Below are positions 50,905 through 63,414 of a stretch of DNA of 64,000 nt, one piece after another. Made by a program: the position numbers and the translations under genes. The DNA is from Octopus sinensis (lineage: Eukaryota). How positions within the stretch are numbered: the first letter of the stretch is position 1; every line of letters starts with the position of its first letter. Where the stretch lies: positions 11,160,001 through 11,224,000 of the forward strand of contig NC_043016.1 of the NCBI RefSeq assembly GCF_006345805.1, in the 5' to 3' direction. Below the pieces are notes generated by a model. The model saw only the letters and a list, made by a program, of their open reading frames with translations. It was not told the DNA's origin and made no database searches.

Positions 50905-53050
50905 TTACTCTTTTACTCTTTTACATGTTTCAGTCATTTGACTGTGGCCATGCTGGGGCACTGCATTTAGTCAAGCAAATCGACCCCAGGACTTATTCTT
51001 TGTAAGCCTAGTACTTATTCTATCGGTCTCTTTTGCTGAACCGCTAAGTTATGGGGACGTAAACACACCAGCATCGGTTGTCAAGCGATGTTGGGGGGGA
51101 CAAACACAGACACACAAACATACATATATACACACACACACATATATATACACATATATACGACGGGCTTCTTTAAGTGTCCATCTACCAAATCCACTCA
51201 CAAGGGTATGGTCGGCCCAAGGCTATAGTAGAAGACACTTGTCCAATGTGTCACGCAGTGGGACTGAACCCGGAACCATGTGGTTGGTAAGCAAGCTACT
51301 TACCACACAGCCACTCCGGTATTTGGCTTGCAAGCATAAGTTCATGAGTGTTCAGTTACTGGTAGCATGTTGTGTCCTTGAGCAAGACACTTTATTTCAT
51401 GTTGCTCCAGTCCACTCATCTGACAAAAATGAGTTGTACCCGAAATTCAAAAGGGCCAGCCTTGTGGTCACACTCTGTGTTACGCTGAATCTCCCTGAAA
51501 ATTGCATTAAAGGTATGTGTATCTGTGGAAGGCGGCGAGCTGGTAGAAACGTTAGCACACCGGGCGAAATGCGTAGCCGTATTTTGTCTGCCGTTACATT
51601 CTGAGTTCAAATTCTCCAAGGTCGACTTTGCCTTTCATCCTTTCGGGGTCGATAAATTAAGTACCAGTTACGCACTGGGGGTCGATGTAATCGACTTAAT
51701 ACCTATGTCTGTCCTTGTTTGTCCTCTCTATGTTTAGCCTCTTGTGGGTAATAAAGAAATAGGTATGTGTATCTGTGGAGTGATCATCCACTTGTATGTT
51801 AATTTCATAAGCAAGCTATTCCATTGATCAGATCAACTGGAACCATCATTATCAGAACCAACAGAGTGCCAGTTTATTTATTATTTAAAAACACAATATA
51901 TATTTTTATGTGCTACACATATACCCCTTTACTCTCTTTACTTGTTTCATTCATTTGACTGTGGCCATGCTGGAGCACCGCTTGTAGTTGAGCAAATCAA
52001 ACCTGGGACTTATTCTTTGTAAGCCCAGTACTAATTCTATCGGTCTCTTTTACCGAACCACTAAGTGACAGGGACATAAACACACCAGCATCGGTTGTCA
52101 AGCAATGCTGGGGGGACAAACACAGACACATAAACATACACACACATATATATATATATATATTATATATATACACATATATACAACGGCTTCTTTGAGT
52201 TTCCGTCTATCAAATCCACTCACAAGGCTTTGGTCGGCACGAGGCTTTAGTAGAAGACACTTGCCCAAGGTGCCACACAGTGTGACTGAACCCAGAACCA
52301 TGTGGTTGGTAAGCAAGCTACTTACCACACAGTATACTATATATATAAATATATATATATATAATATATATATATAGACAGTCGTTATGACAGCAGGTGT
52401 TCCAGTTGATCAGATACATGGGACAGCGTGCTCATGAAATTAACATGTAAGTGGCTGAGCACTCCACAGACACGTGTACCATTTGATGAATATGTCTGAG
52501 GTGTTTCTCAACGTCTGAAACTATTAGTAGCACATAACATGTATTGTGTCTGTTATATAATTTATAATATCATCATCGTTTAACATGCATCTTCCAAGCA
52601 TGCATGAGTGGGACGGTTGACAGGAGCCAGCCAGGTAGAAAAATATCCCAGGTTGCTGTGTCTGTTTTATATATACATAGGTGCAGGGGTGGCCGTGTGG
52701 TATGGTAGTTGCTTACAAACCACATAGTTCCTGGTTCAGTCCCACTGCGTGGCACCTTGGGTAAGTGTTTTCTACTTAGCCTTGGACTGACCAAGGCCTT
52801 GTGAGTGGATTTCGTACACGGAAACTGAAAGAAGCCTGTTGTATATATCTCTGTGTGTGGTGTGTGTGCTTGACAACCGATTGTTGGTGGTTTACATCCC
52901 CATAACTTAGTAGTGGTTCAGCAAAAAAAGACCGATAGAATAAGTACAAGGCTTACAAAGAATAAGTCCTGGGATCAATTTGTTCAACAAAAGGCAGTAC
53001 TCCAGCATGGCCACAGTCAAATGACTGAAACGAGTAAAAGAATAAAAGAA
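50905..53050. mobile_element. SINE cluster: CORE (-) 50905-51317, Nin (+) 51530-51762, CORE (-) 51925-52332, CORE (+) 52683-53050
   Basis: Family matches as above. Confidence 0.85.
52483..52534 (+). ncRNA. Decayed hammerhead motif, 5' stem I strand lost
   Basis: TTGATGA-atatgtctgagg-tgtt-tctcaacgtct-GAAA-CTA-T-TAG-TA-gcaca. Confidence 0.45.
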
Positions 53051-53863
53051 TAGGTAAGTATATTTGCTACTCTTTTGGGTAGCGTTTCACCGCTGGTGAT
53101 GTCTGATAGTTTTGCTTAAAATACTTGCTATGATCCTAAGAATATAAATACTGCAGTGAAGTTGGAATTCTGATCTGTCTTTATAATAATAATGAATCAT
53201 TTGAATTTAATACAGAGTCTAAATTTGTTATTATTTTGGGTTAAAAGCTGCATCTACAAAAACCAAAAAAAAATTATATTTTTTTTAGGTTACTATTTAT
53301 GGCAATCTTTCAGGTTCTGTTTGATAAATAGCTTAATGAGATTTCTTCAGTTTATCTTGTTATTCGTTGTTGATGTTTCCAAGATTAATAAATAGTTGTC
53401 AGTGCAAAGGCCACCTTGGAAAAGAAGTATATAAATACATGCATATATATATATATATGTGTGTGTGTGTGCATGTATATATGTTATAGACATATATATA
53501 TGTATATAACACATATATATATATATAAACATATAATACATATATATATATATAAACATATATATATATATAACACCCACACACACACAAACACCCACAC
53601 CACACATATATATATATTGTATATATATATATAAACATATATATATAAACATATATATATAATATATATACATATATAGAATATATATATATATATATAT
53701 ATATAATAGAATATATATGTGTGCATATATATATATATGGTGTGTGTGCAAATATATATATATTACATGCAACTTAAATGGACACTGCACACATCAACCA
53801 AAACATATGCATATACACACAATATGTATAACACACACACATGTATGTATATACATATATATA

Positions 53864-53907
<44 letters not shown>

Positions 53908-54196
53908 CATATATGTATGCACACACACACAAACACACATACATACATTTATACATACATGCACACATAGTTACATGCAAACTTTCAACATACTTGCACA
54001 CATCACTACTTTACTACGTTAAAACCAAGCAAGCTCTTTAAAAATTCATAGCAAACCCATTAAGCTAATGTCGAAATGCAATATTCATTAAGTCACTTTA
54101 AAATTTCCCCCAGTTTTCAGCTTAGCTCTTTCTAATGAATGAGATCAGAAAATGGAATGTGTAAAGCAGCTTATTATAAATTGTTTCCTTTGAAGC

Positions 54197-54238
<42 letters not shown>

Positions 54239-54386
54239 CCATACATATACAATAGAAAAGAATACTACATAGCATATATCATATACATATAAATAGATAT
54301 CAATGTTATCTATCTATATCTATATCTATATCTAATATATATATATATAATATATATCTAGATATATATATATATATAATAATTCT

Positions 54387-54429
<43 letters not shown>

Positions 54430-54719
54430 CATTAAGGGTTGTTACTATAAGTAAAGCCACATGTTGGAAAGGGACACCAATGTTAAACTTCTTTATATAC
54501 ACCACTGAAATCAAGGGAATGAAAAAGGAAAAGACTCATGTGGTTTTTACTTAAAGTAACACCACTTAATATAAGAAATATAATTTTTTTAAAATCATTA
54601 TTACATTATTAATTTCTTACCTTAATTGGTTTTACATGCTGGTTATTTGATAAAATCTTAAATAGATTTTATCCTTATGTTATATATATATATATATATA
54701 TATACATATATATAGTTAA

Positions 54720-54920
54720 TCCAAACAAGAAAACACAAAAAAACCAAAAAAACACAGCAACACGAGGACATGGAACAAATAAAGTATTATTGGACGCTCA
54801 GGAAAGGAGGAAAGAAGGAGGGTTTAACGTTTCGAGCGGAGCTCTTCGTCGGAAACATAGGAGAAGGAAAGATCCCGAGAATGGAAGACAGAGGAAAAAA
54901 AATCGGCAGCGGTACTCACG
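54720..54920 (-). mobile_element. Short Penelope-type element; homologous copy on + at about 57585-57765
   Basis: Shared ctgagc(g/a)tc..ataatac...cca(t/c)(g/a)tcctc segment and hammerhead motif. Confidence 0.7.
54822..54856 (-). ncRNA. Minimal type-I hammerhead motif (C4 variant, extra A after A9, GUU site)
   Basis: Minus strand gttt-CCGACGA-a-gagc-tcc-gctc-GAAA-C-G-TT-aaac. Confidence 0.7.
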
Positions 54921-55938
54921 AGGTCATACATTAATATATATAGGAGGAGGAGGAGGAGGAGACCCCCACCCCCCTCGGTCATGAGTGACCATGGGATGGG
55001 ATTGCACCTAGAAAGGTCCCCCTCCGGGGACCAAGTCTGGTCAAGATTGTATATAGAAGACCAGCAGTCGCCCATGCATACCAGCCTCCCCTCTCTATGT
55101 CACTGATGCTATCCAAGGGAAAGGCAAAGGGGCCGATACAGCTTGGCACCTGTGACGTTGCAACTCATTTCTACAGATGAGTGAACTGGAGCAACATGAA
55201 ATAAAGTGTCTTGCCCAAGGACACAAAACACAGCCCGGTTCAGAAATTATGATTGTAAGCTCAACACGCTAACCACTGAGCCATGTGCCTTCACACATAC
55301 ATATATGTGATATATATATTACTATATATCTATATAGGTTTATCTGCGTGTGTATGCATACACAAATAAGTATGTATGTATGTATGTATGTATATGTGCA
55401 TGTATGCATTTATGCATGTATGCATTATGCATGTATGTATGTATGTATGTATGCATGTATGTATGTATGTATGTATGTGTGTATGTATGTTTGTATGTAT
55501 GTATGTGTGTATGTATGTTTGTATGTATGTATGTATGTGTGTGTATGTATGCATGTATGCATGTATGCATATATGTATGTGTGCATGTATGTATGTATGC
55601 ATGTATGTGTGTGTATGTATGTATGTATGCATGTATGTATGTATGCATGTATGCATATATGTATGTATGTATGTATGCATGTATGTATATATGTATGTAT
55701 GTATGCATGTATGTATGTATGTATGTATGTATATATGCATTTATGCAATTATGCCTATATGTGTGTATGTTTTTTATTATATATATATATATATATATAA
55801 AAAGCAATAAAGATTCAGTTAATTTAAATGAATTTACTGGAATATGGTACCTAACTTAGATGCACCAAACAACTTACGGTTTTAACAATACTAATGTGGG
55901 GTGATTATAAGCGAGAAGAAGCAACAAAATGGAGGTTT

Positions 55939-56029
55939 TTTTAGTACAATCGTTTCATACAAGGACAGGCTTTATAAAAGTTTGCAAAATTGGCAGCATA
56001 TAAACGTGTCCCGTACTCATCAGCTAAAA
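55939..56029 (-). ncRNA. Type-I hammerhead ribozyme with canonical core and long stem II
   Basis: Minus strand ttttag-CTGATGA-gtacgggaca-(39-nt loop)-tgtccttgtat-GAAA-CGA-TTG-TA-ctaaaa: 6-bp stem I, ~10-bp stem II, near-palindromic stem III, GUA site between 55945 and 55944. Confidence 0.85.
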
Positions 56030-56632
56030 TACAAGTGAGTTTTCTCTAGACATCCTAGTGGTGAAGGCTATACTCATGAAGTAATGTAGATAATTAAGTA
56101 ACATAAACAGATTCCAAAGTTCATTAATATCTATATATATGTACATAGTATTTCAGTGCATCTAAAGGTTTATTACTCTAAAGGTTTATTCCAAAGTTCA
56201 TATATATATATATATGTACATAGTATATTCAGGTGCATCTAAAGGTTTATTACTCTAAAGGCAATCCGCAGCATGCAGCTGATTTTAGTGACAAGACATA
56301 CAATTCAAAACAGTTTGATTTGTCAGAAGAAGTATCTCCATGCTGTAAGATGTCTAGATCTGTGGTTTTAAGCCATGTTTTTTTCTTAAGGACTCTCTTT
56401 GAATCCTATTTTATCCTAATGAACCCCCATAGCTGTTTGATGTTTTCAAAAAAATCATATCATATTTTTATGATTAAATATTACAAATTGTATATTTTTT
56501 TAAATATTTAAATATTTTGTGTATTGTAGAAGTATGACTGATTTATTGCAGGTAAATTCTAACAATTTATCATGTATGATGTGTATGCAAGTATGTATGT
56601 AGTTGGTGTGTGAGTGTGTGTGTGTGTGTGTA

Positions 56633-56824
56633 TAAGCGGTGTTGAAAAGTTCCTGGCTTTAAAGGTATCACGAAAGTGCTTTTACAGGGCTTCTACAGGG
56701 CTAAAGGACCATTGCAATAAGTCCGGGAATCCGAGAGAGGAATATCTTGAACAAAATCATAATTCACTAATCCCCCTGTATTTTCATTTACCCAAGGTTA
56801 GCAACTTTTCAGCACCCCCTCATA
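56633..56824. mobile_element. Mariner-derived MITE (second copy at about 57802-58006)
   Basis: ggtgttgaaaagttcc / aacttttcagcaccccct TIRs, TA flanks. Confidence 0.75.
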
Positions 56825-57121
56825 TGTATGCATATATATATATATGTGGCCATTGCCAGTGCCGCCTTGGCTGGCTTCCGTGCTGGTGGCACGTTAAAAG
56901 CTCCAACCGATCGTGGCCGATGCCGGACCCCCCTGGCACCTGTGCAGGTGACATGTAAAAAGCACCCACTACACTCACGGAGTGGTTGGTGTTAGGAAGG
57001 GCATCCAGCTGTAGAAACATTGCCAGATCAGACTGGGCATGGTGCAGCCTCCTTGCTTCCCAGACCCCGGTCGAACCGTCCAACCTGTGCTAGCACGGAA
57101 AACGGACGTTAAACGATGATT

Positions 57122-57163
<42 letters not shown>

Positions 57164-57165
<2 letters not shown>

Positions 57166-57420
57166 ATAGAGGGCATTATTACACATAAATGCCTCACACT
57201 AGGAGGGACGAGTCATTACTACCAAAATATACTATCATACCACAAAGCAGTTTTTTCAAGCAAGACATTTAAAAATGAATTATGGTTCCTGTATACAGAA
57301 CATAAGTTCATTTTTTATGTCTTGCTTGAAAACTGCATTTGGGTATGATTAGTATAATTTGGTAGTATGACTCTGTCCCTCCTAGTGTGAGGCATTTATG
57401 TTTAATAATGCCCTCTATAC
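57164..57420. repeat. 257-bp spacerless palindrome
   Basis: gtatagagggcattatt...ctgta|tacag...aataatgccctctatac, centre at 57293/57294. Confidence 0.92.
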
Positions 57421-57633
57421 ACTATAGATATAATTAAATTTGTTCAGAAGAAAAAAATTATTTTCGGATTCTTTTCTTTTATGAGGTTTTCCACGCTAGC
57501 TACCTTGATATTTCTTGTTAAGATCCCTTATTAGAGATTATCCTTAATGTTAAACTTATATATATATATATATATACATGTGAATCATTGGTGATTTTCT
57601 TCCTCCGTCTTCTCTTCTTTTGGACTTTCCTCT

Positions 57634-57668
57634 ATTTCTGAAGAAGAGCTTTGCTCAAAATGTTAAAT
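57634..57668 (+). ncRNA. Decayed hammerhead motif (G12A, C15.2U)
   Basis: attt-CTGAAGA-a-gagc-ttt-gctc-AAAA-T-G-TT-aaat. Confidence 0.6.
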
Positions 57669-57763
57669 CCCCTTTCTTTCCTTTCCTGAGCATCTGATAA
57701 TACAGTACTTGAACCACATCCTCACGATGTCGTTTTTTTATGTTTGTTCTTATTTGTTTGGAT

Positions 57764-57801
<38 letters not shown>

Positions 57802-58574
57802 TAAAGTGGGTAGTGAAAAGTCCCTGGCTTTAAGAGTATCACAAAAGGCCTGGTTAGAGGCCCAACCTTCTGAGTTCTTTTACAGGGCTTAGAAAAACTG
57901 AAGGACTGTGAATCTGAGAGGGGAATATGTAGAATAAAATCATAATTAACTTACCTCCTGTTTCTTCTTTTACCCAAAACCAGGAAATTTTCAGCATACT
58001 CTTGTATGAGTGTGTTTGTGTTTGTATGCACCCTTGTCTTCAAATCATATTGTGGTCTTGAACAAGTATTATTGTCACAAAAGCATTGTTGCTTGTTTCC
58101 AGTTGCCCTGTGAAAAATATCTTCTTAGGCCATGGGGGGGGGGAATATCGCCTGGCTTCAAAACAAGGGAGTGTTGGCAGCAGGGAGGGCATCCAGCCAT
58201 GAAAAGACCACCTTAACAATTTCTATCAGACCCATGCAAGGATGGAAAAGTAGATGTTAAATGATAGTGATAATGATGATGATGACAATGACGACAACAG
58301 CCATGATGACAGTGATGATTGTGATGGTGATGATTGCTGTGAATTAAGACCAACTCAGAAAAGCTCTCATAAAATCACTGATCGATTTTGGACCTTAACC
58401 CCTAAGCCATATCAAGTCCAAATATTCAACCTGTTTTACATTCAAAGTAGCCAAATCTGGTCTCTCACACTTACTGCATAATGTTATTATAAAGCTAAAT
58501 GAAATTTCAAAGTTATGAGATAATGCATGATTAATTAAAAACAATGTGAATAAATAAGCATACATACATATTAT

Positions 58575-58736
58575 TTAGCAGGAGTGGCTGTCTGGTAAGT
58601 ATCTTGCTTACCAACCACATGGTTCTGGATTCAGTCCCACTGTGTAGCACCTTGGGCAAGTGTCTTCTACTATAGCCTCAGGCCAACCAAAGCCTTGTGA
58701 GTGGATTTGGTAGATGGAAACTGAAATAAGTCCGTC

Positions 58737-58783
<47 letters not shown>

Positions 58784-58995
58784 TATATCTGTGTTTGTCC
58801 CCCCACCATCGCTTGACAACCGATGATGGTGTGTTTACGTCCCCGTAACATAGCAGTTCGGCAAAAGGGACCGATAGAATAAGTACTGGGCTTACAAAGA
58901 GTAAGTCCTGGGGTTGATTTCCTCGACTAAAGGAGGTGCTCCAGCATGGCCACAGTCAAATGACTGAAACAAGTAAAAGAGTAAAAAGAGTAAAG
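58575..58995 (+). mobile_element. Full-length CORE-type SINE
   Basis: Family match. Confidence 0.9.
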
Positions 58996-60453
58996 AGTAT
59001 ACACTTATACATGTATGCATACATGCTATACATACATGTATAACATACATGCATTCATACATCAAAGGTACATACAAAAATACTTACATACAAACACACA
59101 CATTCACTCATACATACACAGACCATGCACACGCACACACACATACACACACAAAGATATATATTCATATACTTACATATATGCACACACATACACACAC
59201 ATACACATATAACATGCATACATACAAACATTACACACACACACACACACACACCAACACACACACACATATACATGCATACATACATGTTTGCATACAT
59301 GCATGCACGCACATACATACATAACATGCATGCATGCAAACATTAAACACACACACATACATACATGCATATATACATGTATGCACATTCATACACACAT
59401 ACATACATAAAGTGTTATATCCCTTCTTTTCTGGAAACATAACAAGTCAATAAATAATATACTTTAACAGTTTTAGCCACACAAAACAATACTTTGAACT
59501 CCCCCAGTTCAATATTATTGATTTTTACCCTCCCACCCGCACCCCACACACACCTCTAGCTCTTCTTCTAAAACCTCTCATTCCTAAACCTCTCCCTAAA
59601 TCTTTAACCTTCAGTGCTGTGAATCTGATATGTAAATAATTATACATGCAAAAAAAAATAATAAGATTTTCCTTAATTCATTCTGGGATGAATAAAAAGG
59701 AGATAAATTATTTCATCTTCTGCCCCTCACCCCCATGGGACCGTATAATGGGTCTGAATGTTGCAAAAATTATTAAAATGCATATTTTAGATTGTATAAA
59801 AAACTTTTCTGCTTGGAGCCAAGACCTTTAATGGAGAAAAAACAAGCTTTTAATGCATAGTAATATAAACGGCTGTGAATTAGGACAGACTCAGAAAAAC
59901 TCTCGTAAAATCATTGATTGATTTTTGACCTTAAACCCTAGGCCATATCAAGTCTGAATATTCAACATGTTTTATATTCAAAGTAGCCAGATCTGGCTTC
60001 TCACACTTACCGTGTAATACCATTATAAAACAAAACAATTACACATCATCAAAATCTCAAAGCTATGAGATAATGCCTGATTAATTAAAAACAATGTGAA
60101 TAAATAAGTATTATATTTGAGAGGGTAATCTGAATGCTCCAGGGCTGACCCTTTAGTATTTAACCTAGCCATGTCCATCCCAAATATTCTACCTGTTTTG
60201 GGTTGAAACAAGTCGGATCCAGTCTCTCACACATATCCTACAATGTCATTCTAAAAATATACTCAGTTTTCCTCTTAAATCATTTACACTATGTATGTGT
60301 GTATGTATGTATTTATGTGTATAAAGATTTAGAGGGGTAGATATATACAAAATTATAAACATGTATATACAAGTATATATACATGTATATACAAGTATAT
60401 ATACATGTATTTTATATACAAGTATATATACATGTATTTTATATACATTTTAT

Positions 60454-60490
<37 letters not shown>

Positions 60491-60534
60491 CACACACATA
60501 CACATACACACATAATACTATAAGAGTATAAGAG

Positions 60535-61045
60535 GTATCAGATGTTGTGTGCAAGGGAGAAGACTGTACTGGTTTGGTCATGTAATGTGTGTGGATGAGG
60601 ACAGCTGTGTAAAGAAGTATTAAGCTCTAATTGTGGAGGGAACCTTGTGGAAGGAGTAAACCTAGAAAGATGTGAAACAAAGTGGTGAGGAAGGATCTTC
60701 AGACACTGAGCCTCACTAAAGAAATGATAAGGGACTGAGAGGTGTGGTGATCGGCTGTACTTGAGAAGACACATCAAGCTAAGTAAATATTGCTTTCGTC
60801 CATACATACAGGTTTATTCTTTTATAAGGTGCCGGGGCCACATAAAATGCACGTCGGTGCTGCAAAAAGGCACCCAGTGCACTCTGTAAAGTGGTTGGCA
60901 CTAGGAAGGGCATCCAGCCATAGAAACCATGCTACAAGAAACAGTTGGGGTCTGGTCAACTCCCAGCTGGCCAGCTCTATGTCAAACCATCCAACCCATG
61001 CCATCATGGAAAACGGACGTTATATGAGGATTATGATGATGATGT
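60535..61045 (+). mobile_element. RTE LINE 3' fragment with UTR
   Basis: WFGHVMCVDEDSCVKK...GKPRK..NKVVRKDL.TL.LT.EM, followed by the family UTR. Confidence 0.8.
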
Positions 61046-61534
61046 ATATATAATATATAATAGAGTGAGAGAGAGATGAATGGACAGACAGACAGATACT
61101 ATGGGCTTCTATACAGTCTCCATCTACTAAATTCCACTAATGTACTGTTAGTGCACCAAACGCTACGGTTGAAGACATTTGTCCGAGGTATGCCTTGCAG
61201 TAGGATCGAACCAGGAACCACATATGTCTGCAGCTAAAAACCTCTTTTCCACACGATCATGCAAGACCCCCCCACACCCCCATTGTTGACAAATGTCTAT
61301 GCACATCAGCATGCATGTGTGTGTATGTGTGTGTGCACGTGCGCGCGTGTATGTGTGTGTGTGTGTGTGTGTGTGCGTGTGCATGCTCACATTATTTCTA
61401 TTTGTTTGACCGAGATATTTGACAGCACATATGTTACAAACTAATCAGAAATAGTTGATGTCATTGTTGTTGTTGTTGTTGTTATTACAAGTGTTTTTTG
61501 TGGAAGATTTTCTAATACTTTGTTTTGTTTTGTC

Positions 61535-61569
<35 letters not shown>

Positions 61570-61668
61570 ACCCGTGGACAGATGTTGTTACGATGTTTGG
61601 TTTTCATAGTGTGCCAGTCAACCAAGACATCGAATTAAGTTGACTTATCAATTCTTCAATTTGCTTTG

Positions 61669-61768
61669 NNNNNNNNNNNNNNNNNNNNNNNNNNNNNNNN
61701 NNNNNNNNNNNNNNNNNNNNNNNNNNNNNNNNNNNNNNNNNNNNNNNNNNNNNNNNNNNNNNNNNNNN
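61669..61768. other. Assembly gap, 100 N
   Basis: Direct count; a fixed 100-N gap usually means unknown size. Confidence 0.99.
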
Positions 61769-62109
61769 CCGAGTAATGTAACATATTATTGTATAGATAT
61801 ATATATATATATACACACACACACATATAAACATACTGTCAAGGCTAGATTTGTGGTTTCTTTCACAGCCTCTTGTCTCTCTTATTGATTTATTACTCAT
61901 CCTTCTTATCATTCATCTTTCTATTAGCCAACCCAACCCACTGTCAAGCAATATATTTCTGATTATGGCACTTATTATTGCCAGATTGATGATGATAGAA
62001 TATACTCGCTCTGGTAGTAACTTCAAATGTACTTTTATTTATCAGTTTTGGACATCAGACTGATATATATATATGTATGTGTATGTATATATGTATGTAT
62101 ATATATATG

Positions 62110-62335
62110 TATGTGGAAGAGAGTGTAATTCGGTAGGAGGACTTAAACGACATGCAAAGGTACATGAAGCCCAGTTACAACTACAGCCGGCTATTACTGG
62201 TAAAGGTTTTAGTTGCCAATTTTGTACAAGACATTGTAGATCTTTAGCCGGGCTAAAAAGTCACATTTGATCACAGCACCAGTAACAGTTAAGCTTCGTG
62301 CAATGGCCATACTCGATAACGAGGGGGCAGCCATC
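62110..62335 (+). mobile_element. RTE (BovB-like) extreme 3' end with C2H2-like motifs
   Basis: CGRECNSVGGLKRHAKVH...FSCQFCTRHCRSLAGLKSHI*, then short UTR ggccatactcgataacgagggggcagccatc. Confidence 0.75.
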
Positions 62336-62676
62336 ATGTATGTATGTATGTATGTATGTATGTATGTATGAATGTAAGTATGTATGTATGTATGTGTATG
62401 TATGTATGTATGTACTGTATGTATGTGTGTGTGTATGTATGTATGTATGTATGTGTGTATGTATGTATGTATGAATGTAAGTATGTATGTATGTTTGAAT
62501 GTAGTATGTATGTGTGTATGTGTATGTATGTAGTATGTATTGTATGTATGTATGTGTGTGTGTATGTATGTATGTGTGTGTGTATGTATGTATGTGTGTA
62601 TGTATGTATGTATTTATGTATGTATGTATATATCTGTGTGCGTGTGTATGCATGTATGTATGTATGTATGTATGTA

Positions 62677-62714
<38 letters not shown>

Positions 62715-62844
62715 GTATGTGTGTATGTATGTATATAGTTGTAAAACTATTAGTTCTAAATCTGAATGAGAAATAGCAGCAACATTCATCCTAACCAGGA
62801 CTGCTACTTTATGCTGGCAAATAAACTTTACTTTATATAGTTGA

Positions 62845-63010
62845 AATTTACAGAAAAACAAAAGACAAAGACAGGTGTATGAACAAGAAGTAGGCGTATT
62901 AGTTTGATGCTCGGGGGAAAAATGAAAAAGTGTTTTATGTTTCGAGCCTATGCTCTTCAGCACAAACGAATAAGAGAAAATAAACAGAGAGAGAATGAAA
63001 AAAACTTGTA
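62845..63010 (-). mobile_element. Short Penelope-type element with decayed hammerhead motif (62932-62967)
   Basis: Nearly identical to the 26845 copy across the motif. Confidence 0.6.
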
Positions 63011-63111
63011 GATTTCAGTGGTCCAGCATATACCTGTGTATGTATGAAAATTTGTTATATACATTTGTACATCCATATGTTCATATGTATATATATATGT
63101 GCGTATGTATG

Positions 63112-63142
<31 letters not shown>

Positions 63143-63377
63143 GTGTGTATCTATTTCTTTAATGCCCACAAGGGACTAAACATAGAAGAGACAAACAAGG
63201 AATTAAGTCGATTACGTCGATCCCCGAAGGATGAAGGGCAAAGTCGACCTCAGCAGAATTTGAACTCAGAATGTAAAGACAGACAAAATACCGCTAAGCA
63301 TTTCACCTAGCATGCTAATGATTCTCTCAGCTCACCACCCTTGTGTGCATACATATATGTATGTATGTATGTATGTC

Positions 63378-63414
<37 letters not shown>

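Noticed and set aside
56515-56560. 22-nt AG...GT segment as a microexon (also an 11-nt one at about 42052-42062)
   Set aside because: Not multiples of three, no homology support, and expected by chance in AT-rich DNA.
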